A stretch of DNA of 16,886 nucleotides from a bacterium (GTDB lineage: Bacteria > Krumholzibacteriota > Krumholzibacteriia > LZORAL124-64-63), in assembly GCA_031441465.1 (NCBI GenBank), contig JANOEP010000062.1, forward strand, positions 1 through 16,886, given 5' to 3'. Made by a program: the position numbers and the translations under genes. The notes under the pieces were generated by a model. The model was not told the DNA's origin and searched no databases. It worked only from the letters and a program-made list of their open reading frames with translations. The first letter of the stretch is position 1, and each line of letters begins with the position of its first letter. Shown one piece after another: positions 1 through 16,075 of this stretch.

Positions 1-141
1 ACCCTCTTCCATCGCGATCGGCGTGATCAGCTCGATCGTCATCTTGATGTTGTCGCCCGGCATCACCATCTCCACACCCTCGGGCAGGTGCGCCGAACCC
101 GTCACGTCCGTCGTCCGGAAGTAGAACTGCGGCCGGTAGCC
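1..141. repeat. 141-bp exact terminal direct repeat (tuf domain III sequence), copy 1
   Basis: accctcttcc...ggccggtagcc at 1-141 matches 16746-16886 base for base by direct reading. Confidence 0.97.
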
Positions 142-1125
142 CGTGAAGAACGGCGTGTGACGGCCGCCCTCCTCCTTCGACAGGATGTACACCTCGCACT
201 CGAAGTCCGTGTGGGGCTTCACCGATCCCGGCTTGCACACCACCATCCCGCGCTCGATGTCTTCCTTCTTCATCCCGCGCAGCAGCAGGCCCACGTTGTC
301 GCCGGCGATGCCCTGGTCCAGGATCTTGCGGAACATCTCCACGCCCGTGCAGACCGTGCTCTGGTTGTCCCGCACGCCCACCAGCTCCACCTTGTCGCCC
401 GTGTTCACCACGCCGCGCTCGATGCGGCCCGTCGCCACCGTCCCACGCCCGGAGATCGAGAACACGTCCTCGACCGGCATCAGGAACGGCTTGTCCAGCT
501 CGCGCACCGGCGTCGGCACGTAGCTCTCCAGGGCGTCGATCAGGTCGAAGATGCACTTCGCCTCGGGGCTGTCCGCGTCCCCGCTCTCCAGCGCCTTCAG
601 CGCCGATCCCTTCACGATCGGCACGTCGTCGCCCGGGAAATCGTACTTCGTCAGCAGCTCCCGGATCTCCAGCTCCACCAGCTCCAGCAGCTCGGGGTCG
701 TCCACCATGTCGCACTTGTTCATGAACACCACCATGTACGGCACGCCCACCTGGCGGGCCAACAGGATGTGCTCCCGCGTCTGGGGCATCGGGCCGTCGG
801 CCGCCGACACCACCAGGATCGCCCCGTCCATCTGGGCCGCGCCCGTGATCATGTTCTTCACGTAGTCGGCGTGGCCCGGGCAGTCCACGTGCGCGTAGTG
901 GCGCTTCAGACTCTGGTACTCCACGTGAGCCGTCGCGATCGTGATCCCGCGCTCGCGCTCCTCGGGTGCCTTGTCGATCTGGTCGAACGGAACGTAGTCC
1001 GCCAGGCCCCTCTTCGACAGGATCTCCGTGATCGCCGCCGTCAGCGTCGTCTTGCCGTGGTCCACGTGACCGATCGTCCCCACGTTCACGTGTTCCTTCG
1101 TCCGTTCGAACTTTGCACGAGCCAT
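1..1125 (-). CDS. tuf: Elongation factor Tu, str-operon copy (3'-truncated by window edge; 375 codons visible)
   Basis: Not in the ORF track because it runs off the edge. Manual translation from ATG at 1125 gives [33 protein letters not shown]...RGITI...[26 protein letters not shown]...NKCD...[33 protein letters not shown] lies within 1131-1140, directly downstream of fusA. Confidence 0.99.
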   Translation of the reverse strand, partial: MARAKFERTKEHVNVGTIGHVDHGKTTLTAAITEILSKRGLADYVPFDQIDKAPEERERGITIATAHVEYQSLKRHYAHVDCPGHADYVKNMITGAAQMDGAILVVSAADGPMPQTREHILLARQVGVPYMVVFMNKCDMVDDPELLELVELEIRELLTKYDFPGDDVPIVKGSALKALESGDADSPEAKCIFDLIDALESYVPTPVRELDKPFLMPVEDVFSISGRGTVATGRIERGVVNTGDKVELVGVRDNQSTVCTGVEMFRKILDQGIAGDNVGLLLRGMKKEDIERGMVVCKPGSVKPHTDFECEVYILSKEEGGRHTPFFTGYRPQFYFRTTDVTGSAHLPEGVEMVMPGDNIKMTIELITPIAMEEG

Positions 1126-1168
1126 GGTGGCTACCTCCTTCTCGACGTCGTCGGGGCCGGTCCTGTTG

Positions 1169-3280
1169 TCACGGGCGGGTCCAGATGCCCATGTAACGCT
1201 GCTTGATTTCCGTCGCGATCTTCTCGGGCGCCCGCTCGTAGCGGGCGAACTGCATCGTGTACGTCGCTCTTCCCTGCGTCAGCGACCGGACCTGCGTGGC
1301 GTAGCCGAACATTTCGCTCAGCGGCACCTCGGCCTTGATCACCTGGACGTCCCCGCGCGGCTCCAGCTGCTGGATCTGCCCGCGCTTCGAGTTGAGGTGT
1401 CCGGTCACGTCCCCGAGGTACGCCGCCGGAACCACCACCTCGACGTCCATCACCGGCTCGAGCAGGGCCGGCTGCGCGTCCTGAACCGCCCTTCTCAGGG
1501 CTTCGGCGCCCGCCGCCCGGAAGGCCGGTTCGCTGGAGGCGTCCTCCTCGAAGGTCCCGCCCACCAGCCGGATCCGCAGGTCCACCAGAGGGTGGCCGGC
1601 GAGGATCCCGCTCCCGCAGGCCTGGAGGCTCGCCTCCTGCACGGCCCGCTGGTACTCCGCCGGCAACCTGTCCACCGGCACGCCGCTCGAGAAGCTCAGG
1701 CCCTCCCCGTAGGTCGCCGGCTCGACTGCCAGCTTGACGTGCGCGAACTGAACCTTGGTCCCGGCCTGCCGCTCGAGGCGGAAGTCCGCCTGCGCCGGGG
1801 CGGTGATCGTCTCGCGGTAGGCGACCTGGGGCTTGCCGACGTTGGCCCTGACCCCGAATTCCCGCTGCATCCGATCCGTGATGATCTCCAGATGCAGTTC
1901 GCCCATCCCGCTGATGATCATCTGGCCCGTCTCGGGATCCACCTTCACCCTGAAGGTGGGGTCCTCGTCCGCCAGCCCCGCCAGCGCCTCGCTCATCTTG
2001 TCCTGGTCGGCCTTCGTCTTGGGCTCGATCGCCACGAAGATCACCGGTTCCGGGAAACTCATCTCCTCGAGCAGGATCGGCCTCTCGAGGGCGCAGAGCG
2101 TGTCGCCCGTGCGGATCTGCTTGAAGCCGGACACCGCCACGATGTCCCCGGTCCCGACTTCCTCCACCTCTTCACGCTTGTTGGCGTGCATCCGGTAGAT
2201 CTTGCCGAGCCGCTCCTTCTTGCCCGTGTTGGCGTTCAGGACGACCCCGCCCGCCTTGAGGACCCCGCTGTAGACCCGGACGAAGGCCAGCCGGGACACG
2301 AAGGGATCCGTCACGATCTTGAAGGCGATGGCGCTGAACGGTTCGCCGTCGTCCACCGCCCGGGACTCGGTCTCGGTCCCGACGCCGCCTTCGCCGTCCT
2401 GCACCCGCCACCCCCGCACCGGCGGCAGGTCGAGCGGCGAAGGCAGGAAATCCACCACGGCGTCGAGCAGTTTCTGGACGCCGTTGTTCTTGAACGCCGA
2501 ACCGCAGAGCACCGGCACCAGGTGGGCGCCCAGGGTGGCGCGCCGCAGTCCGGCCAGGAGTTCCTCGTCCGCGGGTTCCCGCTCCTCGAGGTAGCACTCC
2601 ATGATCTGCTCGTCGACCTCGGCCACCGTCTCGACCAGCTTCGCGCGGGCCGTCCGCGCCGCCGGGAGCATCGCCGCCGGGATCTCCGCGTCCTCGTAAC
2701 TGGCGCCCAGGTCCGCCTGGTCCGGGTACCGGATCCGCATCGTCAGCAGATCGATCACGCCCCGGAACCCTTCACCGCTGCCGTCCGGCAGCTGGATCGG
2801 CGCCGGCCGCGCGCCGAGCCGCTCCACCATCATCGTCACGACCCGGTCGAAGTCCGCTCCCGGCCGGTCCATCTTGTTGACGAACGCGAGGCGCGGGACC
2901 CGATACTTGTCGGCCTGCCGCCAGACCGTCTCCGACTGGGGCTCCACCCCGCCGACCGCGCAGAAGACCGCCACGGCCCCGTCCAGGACCCGCAGGCTGC
3001 GTTCCACCTCCACGGTGAAATCGACGTGCCCCGGGGTGTCGATGATGTTGACGCAGTGGTCGCGCCAGGCGCAGGTGGTCGCGGCCGCCGTGATGGTGAT
3101 GCCGCGTTCCTTCTCCTGCTCCATGAAGTCCATCTGGGTCGCCCCGTCGTGGACCTCGCCGGGGATGTGCACGCGCCCGGTGTAGTAGAGGATCCGCTCG
3201 GTCGTCGTCGTCTTGCCCGCATCGATGTGGGCCATGATGCCGATGTTGCGAATCTTCTGCAGAGCCACTCGGCGCGCCAC
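1169..3280 (-). CDS. fusA: Elongation factor G family GTPase (703 aa) with divergent domain IV, probably EF-G2/recycling type
   Basis: [66 protein letters not shown] and PLSEMFGY motifs; located between rpsG and tuf. Start moved from the track's 3322 to GTG at 3280 ([14 protein letters not shown]), which has the SD-like GGGGTGA at 3283-3289. Confidence 0.96.
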   Translation of the reverse strand: MARRVALQKIRNIGIMAHIDAGKTTTTERILYYTGRVHIPGEVHDGATQMDFMEQEKERGITITAAATTCAWRDHCVNIIDTPGHVDFTVEVERSLRVLDGAVAVFCAVGGVEPQSETVWRQADKYRVPRLAFVNKMDRPGADFDRVVTMMVERLGARPAPIQLPDGSGEGFRGVIDLLTMRIRYPDQADLGASYEDAEIPAAMLPAARTARAKLVETVAEVDEQIMECYLEEREPADEELLAGLRRATLGAHLVPVLCGSAFKNNGVQKLLDAVVDFLPSPLDLPPVRGWRVQDGEGGVGTETESRAVDDGEPFSAIAFKIVTDPFVSRLAFVRVYSGVLKAGGVVLNANTGKKERLGKIYRMHANKREEVEEVGTGDIVAVSGFKQIRTGDTLCALERPILLEEMSFPEPVIFVAIEPKTKADQDKMSEALAGLADEDPTFRVKVDPETGQMIISGMGELHLEIITDRMQREFGVRANVGKPQVAYRETITAPAQADFRLERQAGTKVQFAHVKLAVEPATYGEGLSFSSGVPVDRLPAEYQRAVQEASLQACGSGILAGHPLVDLRIRLVGGTFEEDASSEPAFRAAGAEALRRAVQDAQPALLEPVMDVEVVVPAAYLGDVTGHLNSKRGQIQQLEPRGDVQVIKAEVPLSEMFGYATQVRSLTQGRATYTMQFARYERAPEKIATEIKQRYMGIWTRP

Positions 3281-3454
3281 GTTCACCCCATGATGCCCGG
3301 GCCGCAAGCATTCGACTCGCACAGTCGCCCCAGAGGGGCCTGTCCGTCGTCGACTGCCCAGGTCCCGCCTCCTGCGGCGACCGTACGGGCTATTCGTTCC
3401 TGTCGCTCCGGCATTCCTAGCGAAGCGCTGTGTGGACCTGAACGAGAGGGACCA

Positions 3455-3925
3455 TTACCATCGGCAGTGGGCGAACGCCTTGTTCGCATCAGCCATACGG
3501 TGTGTGTCTTCGCGCTTCTTGATAGACGGTCCTTCGTTCTTGCTGGCCAAGACCAACTCGGCAGCCAGCCGCTCGGCGAACGTGTGTTCGGGCCGGGTGC
3601 GGGCGAAGCTGATGATCCAGTGCATGGCGAGCATCTGGCGCCGGTCGGGTCGGACCTCGACGGGCACCTGGTACGTCGCGCCGCCGATGCGGCGGGACTT
3701 CACTTCCAGGCTGGGCTTGACGTTGCTCAGGGCGGCGCGGAACACGTCGACGCCCTCCTGCCCCGTCTTCTCCTTGATCATGTCCATCGCCTCGTAGACC
3801 ATCCGCTCGGCGACGCTGCGCTTGCCGTCGGACATCACGTAGTTGATGAACTTCGTCACGACGGCGTCCCCGTACCGGTGGTCCGGGGTGATGTGGCGTC
3901 GTTCGGGTCGTCTGCGCCTGGCCAT
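3455..3925 (-). CDS. rpsG: 30S ribosomal protein S7 (156 aa)
   Basis: [10 protein letters not shown]...[16 protein letters not shown]...[18 protein letters not shown]...[21 protein letters not shown] at 3925 with SD AAGGAG at 3937-3942 (the track start at 3964 is too far upstream). Confidence 0.98.
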   Translation of the reverse strand: MARRRRPERRHITPDHRYGDAVVTKFINYVMSDGKRSVAERMVYEAMDMIKEKTGQEGVDVFRAALSNVKPSLEVKSRRIGGATYQVPVEVRPDRRQMLAMHWIISFARTRPEHTFAERLAAELVLASKNEGPSIKKREDTHRMADANKAFAHCRW

Positions 3926-3980
3926 GTTGCTGACTACTCCTTGGCGGGGCCCGCGGCCCCGCATCTGCTGACCATTCGGG

Positions 3981-4361
3981 TCAGGACTTCACTTTGGGCC
4001 GTTTGGCGCCGTACTTCGAGCGACCCTGGCGGCGGGCCTCCACGCTGGAGGCGTCCTGGGTGCCGCGCACGATGTGGTAACGCACGCCGGGCAGGTCCTT
4101 GACGCGGCCCCCGCGCACCAGCACGATGCTGTGCTCCTGCAGGTTGTGGCCTTCGCCGCCGATGTAGGCGGTGATCTCGATGCCGTTGGTCAGGCGCACG
4201 CGGGCGATCTTGCGCAGGGCCGAGTTGGGCTTCTTCGGCGTCTGGGTGTAGACGCGGGTGCAGACGCCCTTGCGCTGGGGGCAACCCTGCAGCGCGGGGC
4301 TCTTGCTCTTGACGAGCACTTGCTGGCGGCCTTTGCGCACGAGCTGGTTCAGGGTCGGCAA
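3981..4361 (-). CDS. rpsL: 30S ribosomal protein S12 (126 aa, TTG start)
   Basis: [12 protein letters not shown]...[25 protein letters not shown]...GHNLQEHS...[13 protein letters not shown]...[10 protein letters not shown]. Confidence 0.99.
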   Translation of the reverse strand: MPTLNQLVRKGRQQVLVKSKSPALQGCPQRKGVCTRVYTQTPKKPNSALRKIARVRLTNGIEITAYIGGEGHNLQEHSIVLVRGGRVKDLPGVRYHIVRGTQDASSVEARRQGRSKYGAKRPKVKS

Positions 4362-4458
4362 TTCTCGTCTCCCTCATCGCCGGTCGGGCGCCGATGGGCG
4401 CGTTTTCCGGGCAAAATCAAGGCCGCGGGGCAGACCGCCCCTTTGGCACAGAACCGAA

Positions 4459-4487
4459 AGAGTATAGCCCGGCGGGACCTTTGTCAA
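4459..4487 (-). promoter_or_regulatory. sigma70-type promoter of the str operon
   Basis: Minus strand reads TTGACA (4487-4482), a 17-nt spacer, then TACTCT (4464-4459); the overlapping TATACT (4466-4461) gives a 15-nt spacer. It lies about 100 nt upstream of rpsL, with an A-tract (GGGAAAAA) upstream of the -35 in otherwise very GC-rich DNA. Confidence 0.8.
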
Positions 4488-4582
4488 GCGATCCCACAGG
4501 TTTTTCCCGCACTTGCGCGATTCGGCGGCGCTCCGCCCGGCCCCGGTCGGGTCCGGATGGGCGCCGCCGGCGTCCCCGGCGC

Positions 4583-8782
<4,200 letters not shown>

Positions 8783-8810
8783 CTGCAACCTCCTCGCGGA
8801 CCCGTCGGGA

Positions 8811-12653
<3,843 letters not shown>

Positions 12654-12721
12654 GGGTCGTCACCTCGCCAGGGGGGGTACCGTTCATTCCGGGCGCCTCG
12701 GAGCGGCGCGGCGGACGATCG

Positions 12722-12750
12722 CCCCCCGCCCGGCGCGGCCGGGCGGGGGG
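12722..12750. promoter_or_regulatory. Perfect 13-bp GC hairpin between rplL and rpoB (possible pause, attenuator or processing site)
   Basis: ccccccgcccggc (12722-12734), loop gcg, gccgggcgggggg (12738-12750); no U-tract follows on the transcribed strand. Confidence 0.5.
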
Positions 12751-12768
12751 ACGTGCGGGACGCGCGGC

Positions 12769-13155
12769 TTACTTCAGGTCGATGATCGCGCCGACCTCTT
12801 CGAGCTTGGCCTTGATCTGCTCGGCCTCGGCCTTGGAAACGCCTTCCTTCACGGCCGTCGGGGCGCCCTCGACCAGATCCTTGGCTTCCTTGAGGCCCAG
12901 GCCCGTGATGGCCCGGACTTCCTTGATGACCTGGATCTTCTTGTCGCCCGCGCCGGTGAGCATGACGGTGAACTCGTCCTTCTCCTCGACGGCGGCGGCG
13001 GCGGCCGGGGCGGCCATCATGGCCATGGGGGCGGCGGCGCTCACGCCGAACTTCTCCTCCATCGCCTTGACCAGGTCGGCGGCCTCGAGGACCGTCATGG
13101 ACTCGATCATCTCCAGGACCTTCTGGCCATTCGCGCTCAGATTGATCTCCGACAT
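12769..13155 (-). CDS. rplL: 50S ribosomal protein L7/L12
   Basis: [24 protein letters not shown], Ala-rich hinge, [30 protein letters not shown]. Confidence 0.99.
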   Translation of the reverse strand: MSEINLSANGQKVLEMIESMTVLEAADLVKAMEEKFGVSAAAPMAMMAAPAAAAAVEEKDEFTVMLTGAGDKKIQVIKEVRAITGLGLKEAKDLVEGAPTAVKEGVSKAEAEQIKAKLEEVGAIIDLK

Positions 13156-13227
13156 CTCTCTCTCCTTGTTCCGCGGCGCCGCAAGCGCCGTCGTGTCTGG
13201 TTGATTCCGGTCAGGACAGCGAACGCG

Positions 13228-13746
13228 TCAGGCCGCCTTCTGCTTGGCGACCGCGTCGAGCGCCCGCACCAGGGCGCTCATCACGCCGTTGATGGTGCCG
13301 ACGATCCCCGTCAGCGGGGCGTTGATGCTGCCCATCATCTGCGCATACAGTTCATCCCGGCTCGGGACCCTGCTCAAAGCCACGACCCGTCCGGCGTCCA
13401 GGAACCCGCCGTCCACGTAGCCGCCGCGGATCTTCAGCTTGTCGACGTCCTTGGCGAAGTCGACGACGATCTTGGCGGCATCGATCTGGCTTTCCGAACT
13501 GATGATCAGGGCCATGGGGCCGGTGAGGTGCTCCTTGAGCACCGAAACATTCGCCTGGTCGGCGGCGATCATCGCGAGGCGGTTCTTCACCACGCGGCAG
13601 ACGACGTTCTTCGCGCGGCACTTGACGCGGAAGTCGGTCATCTGCGCCACGGTCATCCCCTGGTAGTCGGCGAGCACGACGCTCTTGGCCGACTGGAGAT
13701 GCGACGCGATCGCCTGGACCTCGGCTGTCTTCTCTGGACGTGCCAT
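13228..13746 (-). CDS. rplJ: 50S ribosomal protein L10
   Basis: DYQGMTVAQMTDFR, VVKNRLAMIA, LTGPMALI, LSRVPSRDEL; located between rplA and rplL with SD AAGGAGG. Confidence 0.97.
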   Translation of the reverse strand: MARPEKTAEVQAIASHLQSAKSVVLADYQGMTVAQMTDFRVKCRAKNVVCRVVKNRLAMIAADQANVSVLKEHLTGPMALIISSESQIDAAKIVVDFAKDVDKLKIRGGYVDGGFLDAGRVVALSRVPSRDELYAQMMGSINAPLTGIVGTINGVMSALVRALDAVAKQKAA

Positions 13747-13801
13747 CGAGGCACCCTCCTTCGGTGACGCTCCGCCCGGGGCGGAGCGGCCTGCTCATAT
13801 C

Positions 13802-14494
13802 CTAATGGCTCATCGCCGCGTGCTCGATGCGGATGCCCGGCGTCTGGGTCCCCGAAACGAAGACCGAACCGACGTAGGGCCCCTTCAGCGACGAGGGCTT
13901 GGCGCGGACCAGTTCCGTGAACAGCGCCGTGGCGTTCTCGACCAGGGCCTCCGGGGTGAAGGACCGCTTGCCGATGCCGCAGTGGATGATGCCCGCCTTG
14001 TCGACGCGGTACTCCACGCGGCCGGCCTTGGCCTCGCGCACCGCCTTGCCGATGTCCATGGTCACGGTGCCCACCTTGGGGTTGGGCATCAGGCCACGGG
14101 GGCCGAGCACGCGTCCGCGCTTGCCGAGCTCGCCCATCATGTCGGGGGTGGCGATGATGACGTCGACGTCCGTCCACCCCTTGTCGATCATGGCGAGATA
14201 GTCGTCGGAGCCGACCATGTCGGCGCCGGCGGCCTTGGCCTCGGCTTCTTTCGGGCCGCGGGTGATCACGAGCACACGAACATCCTTGCCGGTCCCCTTG
14301 GGCAGCACGACGGTGCCGCGGACCATCTGGTCCGCATGGCGCGGGTTGACGTTGAGCCTGACGGCCACGTCGACCGATTCGTCGAACTTCGACTTGGGCA
14401 TCCGGTCCAGGAGATCGAAGGCCTCGGCCAGGGTGTAACTCCTGGTCCGGTCGACCTGCTCCTTGGCGTTGCGCCATTTCTTGCCGTGTTTCAT
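13802..14494 (-). CDS. rplA: 50S ribosomal protein L1
   Basis: [68 protein letters not shown]. Confidence 0.99.
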   Translation of the reverse strand: MKHGKKWRNAKEQVDRTRSYTLAEAFDLLDRMPKSKFDESVDVAVRLNVNPRHADQMVRGTVVLPKGTGKDVRVLVITRGPKEAEAKAAGADMVGSDDYLAMIDKGWTDVDVIIATPDMMGELGKRGRVLGPRGLMPNPKVGTVTMDIGKAVREAKAGRVEYRVDKAGIIHCGIGKRSFTPEALVENATALFTELVRAKPSSLKGPYVGSVFVSGTQTPGIRIEHAAMSH

Positions 14495-14607
14495 GCCGAT
14501 GACTCCCTGTGACTGTGATGGGTCGAAGGGGCTTGCGCCTCCTGCTTCTCCGGTGCCGGCGGCCGAGGCCCCGACGCCGTGTCTTCCCAGTCACGGGACG
14601 AAAGGTT

Positions 14608-15030
14608 CTAACGAACCTCCAGCCCCATGCTGCGAGCAGTGCCGGCGATGGTCTTCATCGCCGCCTCGATCGACGCCGCGTTCAGGTCCACCATCTTCAT
14701 CTCCGCGATCTCGCGGATCTGCTGGGGGGTGACCCGACCGCAGGTCGTCTTGCTCGGCTCTTTGCTGCCGGACTCGATGCCGGCGGCTTTCTTGAGCAGG
14801 ACAGAAGCAGGAGGAGTTTTGGTGATGAACGAGAAGCTCCGGTCCTGATAGACGGTGATGACCGCGGGGATCACCAGGCCCATCTGTTCCTTCGTCCTCT
14901 CGTTGAACGCCTTGCAGAACTCCATGATGCTCACACCATGCTGGCCGAGGGCCGGTCCCACCGGAGGGGCGGGATTGGCCTTGCCGGCCTGGATCTGCAA
15001 CTTGACCTGTGCGAGGACTTTCTTAGCCAT
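14608..15030 (-). CDS. rplK: 50S ribosomal protein L11
   Basis: [60 protein letters not shown]. Confidence 0.99.
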   Translation of the reverse strand: MAKKVLAQVKLQIQAGKANPAPPVGPALGQHGVSIMEFCKAFNERTKEQMGLVIPAVITVYQDRSFSFITKTPPASVLLKKAAGIESGSKEPSKTTCGRVTPQQIREIAEMKMVDLNAASIEAAMKTIAGTARSMGLEVR

Positions 15031-15232
15031 TCGCTGCTCCTACTGCGTGTCTCCAACTGCATTTCAGGAGGTCCGCCGCCGCTACGACGGTATCGCGCCG
15101 TCCACAGGCGCACCCACTGCGCCGCCGGGCCTCCGCTCGCTGCATGCGCCCGTCGGGGGAGAGAGTGTCCCCGTCAGGACCGGTTCCGACGCGCCAGACT
15201 CGCGGGTGCAGAACCTATCGAGATCGGCCGGG

Positions 15233-16030
15233 TCAGACGTCCTTCACCTGAAGGAAGTCCAGCTCGACCGGGGTCTCCGATCCGAAGATCGAGATCATCA
15301 CCTTGAGTTTGCCCTTGTCGTGATTGATCTCGTTGACGACACCGACCCAATCGGTGAACGGGCCGTCGATCACCTGGACGCTGTCCCCCACCTGGTAGGG
15401 GATCTCCAGCAGCGTTCCCGTCTCTTCCGACTTCGTCATGCGGCCCAGGATGCGGTCGACCTCGTCGGAGTCGATCGGCTGCGGCCGCAGCTGCGTGCCG
15501 CCGATGAAGCGGGTCACGCCGGGGATGGAATTGATGAAGTGCTGCGATTCCTTGGTCATGATCATCTCGACCAGGACGTAGCTCGGGAAGAACTTGCGCT
15601 TGGAGGTCGAGCGCTTGCCGTTCTTCATCTCGGTGACGTCCTGCGTCGCGACGAGCACCTCGCCGAACAGGTCTTCGAACTCGTTGGCCTTGATCGCCGT
15701 CTCGATGTTGCGCTTGACCTTGTTCTCGTGGCCCGTGTTCGCGTGGATCACGTACCAGCGCATGCCGCGCCGGCGCTTCTCCTCTTCGGGCAGCCGGCCG
15801 GCGGCGGCGGGCGCTCCTGCGGGGGCCTCGGCGGCGGGCGCCTCGACAGGCGTCGCCGCGGGCGCGACGGCGGCCGGGGCCGCCGCAGGCGCAGCGTCCT
15901 CGTCGTCGAAGGCGAACAGGTCGGCGCCGTGCAACGGCGCGTCCACGACGGCGCTGTCGTCGGCGACTTGATCGCCGGCCAGGCCCGTGAACAGGGGCTC
16001 TTCGCGCAGGTCCTTGGCGTCGTCTGACAC
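15233..16030 (-). CDS. nusG: Transcription elongation factor NusG with N-terminal acidic Ala/Pro-rich extension (265 aa)
   Basis: NGN domain MRWYVIHANTGHENKVK...RKFFPSYVLVEM...PGVTRFIG and KOW motif VGDSVQVIDGPF...ISIFGSETPVELDFLQV. The track start (16288) overlaps secE. GTG at 16030 has SD GGAGG at 16038-16042; an alternative start is ATG 15763. Confidence 0.95.
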   Translation of the reverse strand: MSDDAKDLREEPLFTGLAGDQVADDSAVVDAPLHGADLFAFDDEDAAPAAAPAAVAPAATPVEAPAAEAPAGAPAAAGRLPEEEKRRRGMRWYVIHANTGHENKVKRNIETAIKANEFEDLFGEVLVATQDVTEMKNGKRSTSKRKFFPSYVLVEMIMTKESQHFINSIPGVTRFIGGTQLRPQPIDSDEVDRILGRMTKSEETGTLLEIPYQVGDSVQVIDGPFTDWVGVVNEINHDKGKLKVMISIFGSETPVELDFLQVKDV

Positions 16031-16075
16031 GATCGTTCCTCCGTCCGCGGCGAGCGGACTCGTCCTGCAGGGATG

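Noticed and set aside
3281..3457. rpsG and fusA are in the same frame and the 58-codon spacer has no stop, so read-through could fuse S7 to EF-G
   Set aside because: The stop is TAA, the spacer codons are not host-like, fusA has its own SD and GTG, and a stop-free 58-codon run is not rare in GC-rich DNA.
3283..3489. 68-aa small ORF overlapping the rpsG end and the spacer
   Set aside because: No SD, no codon bias and no recognisable motif; it cannot be supported as a leader peptide.
4085..4245. Possible streptomycin-resistance alleles in S12
   Set aside because: TPKKPNSA and RVKDLPG are wild type.
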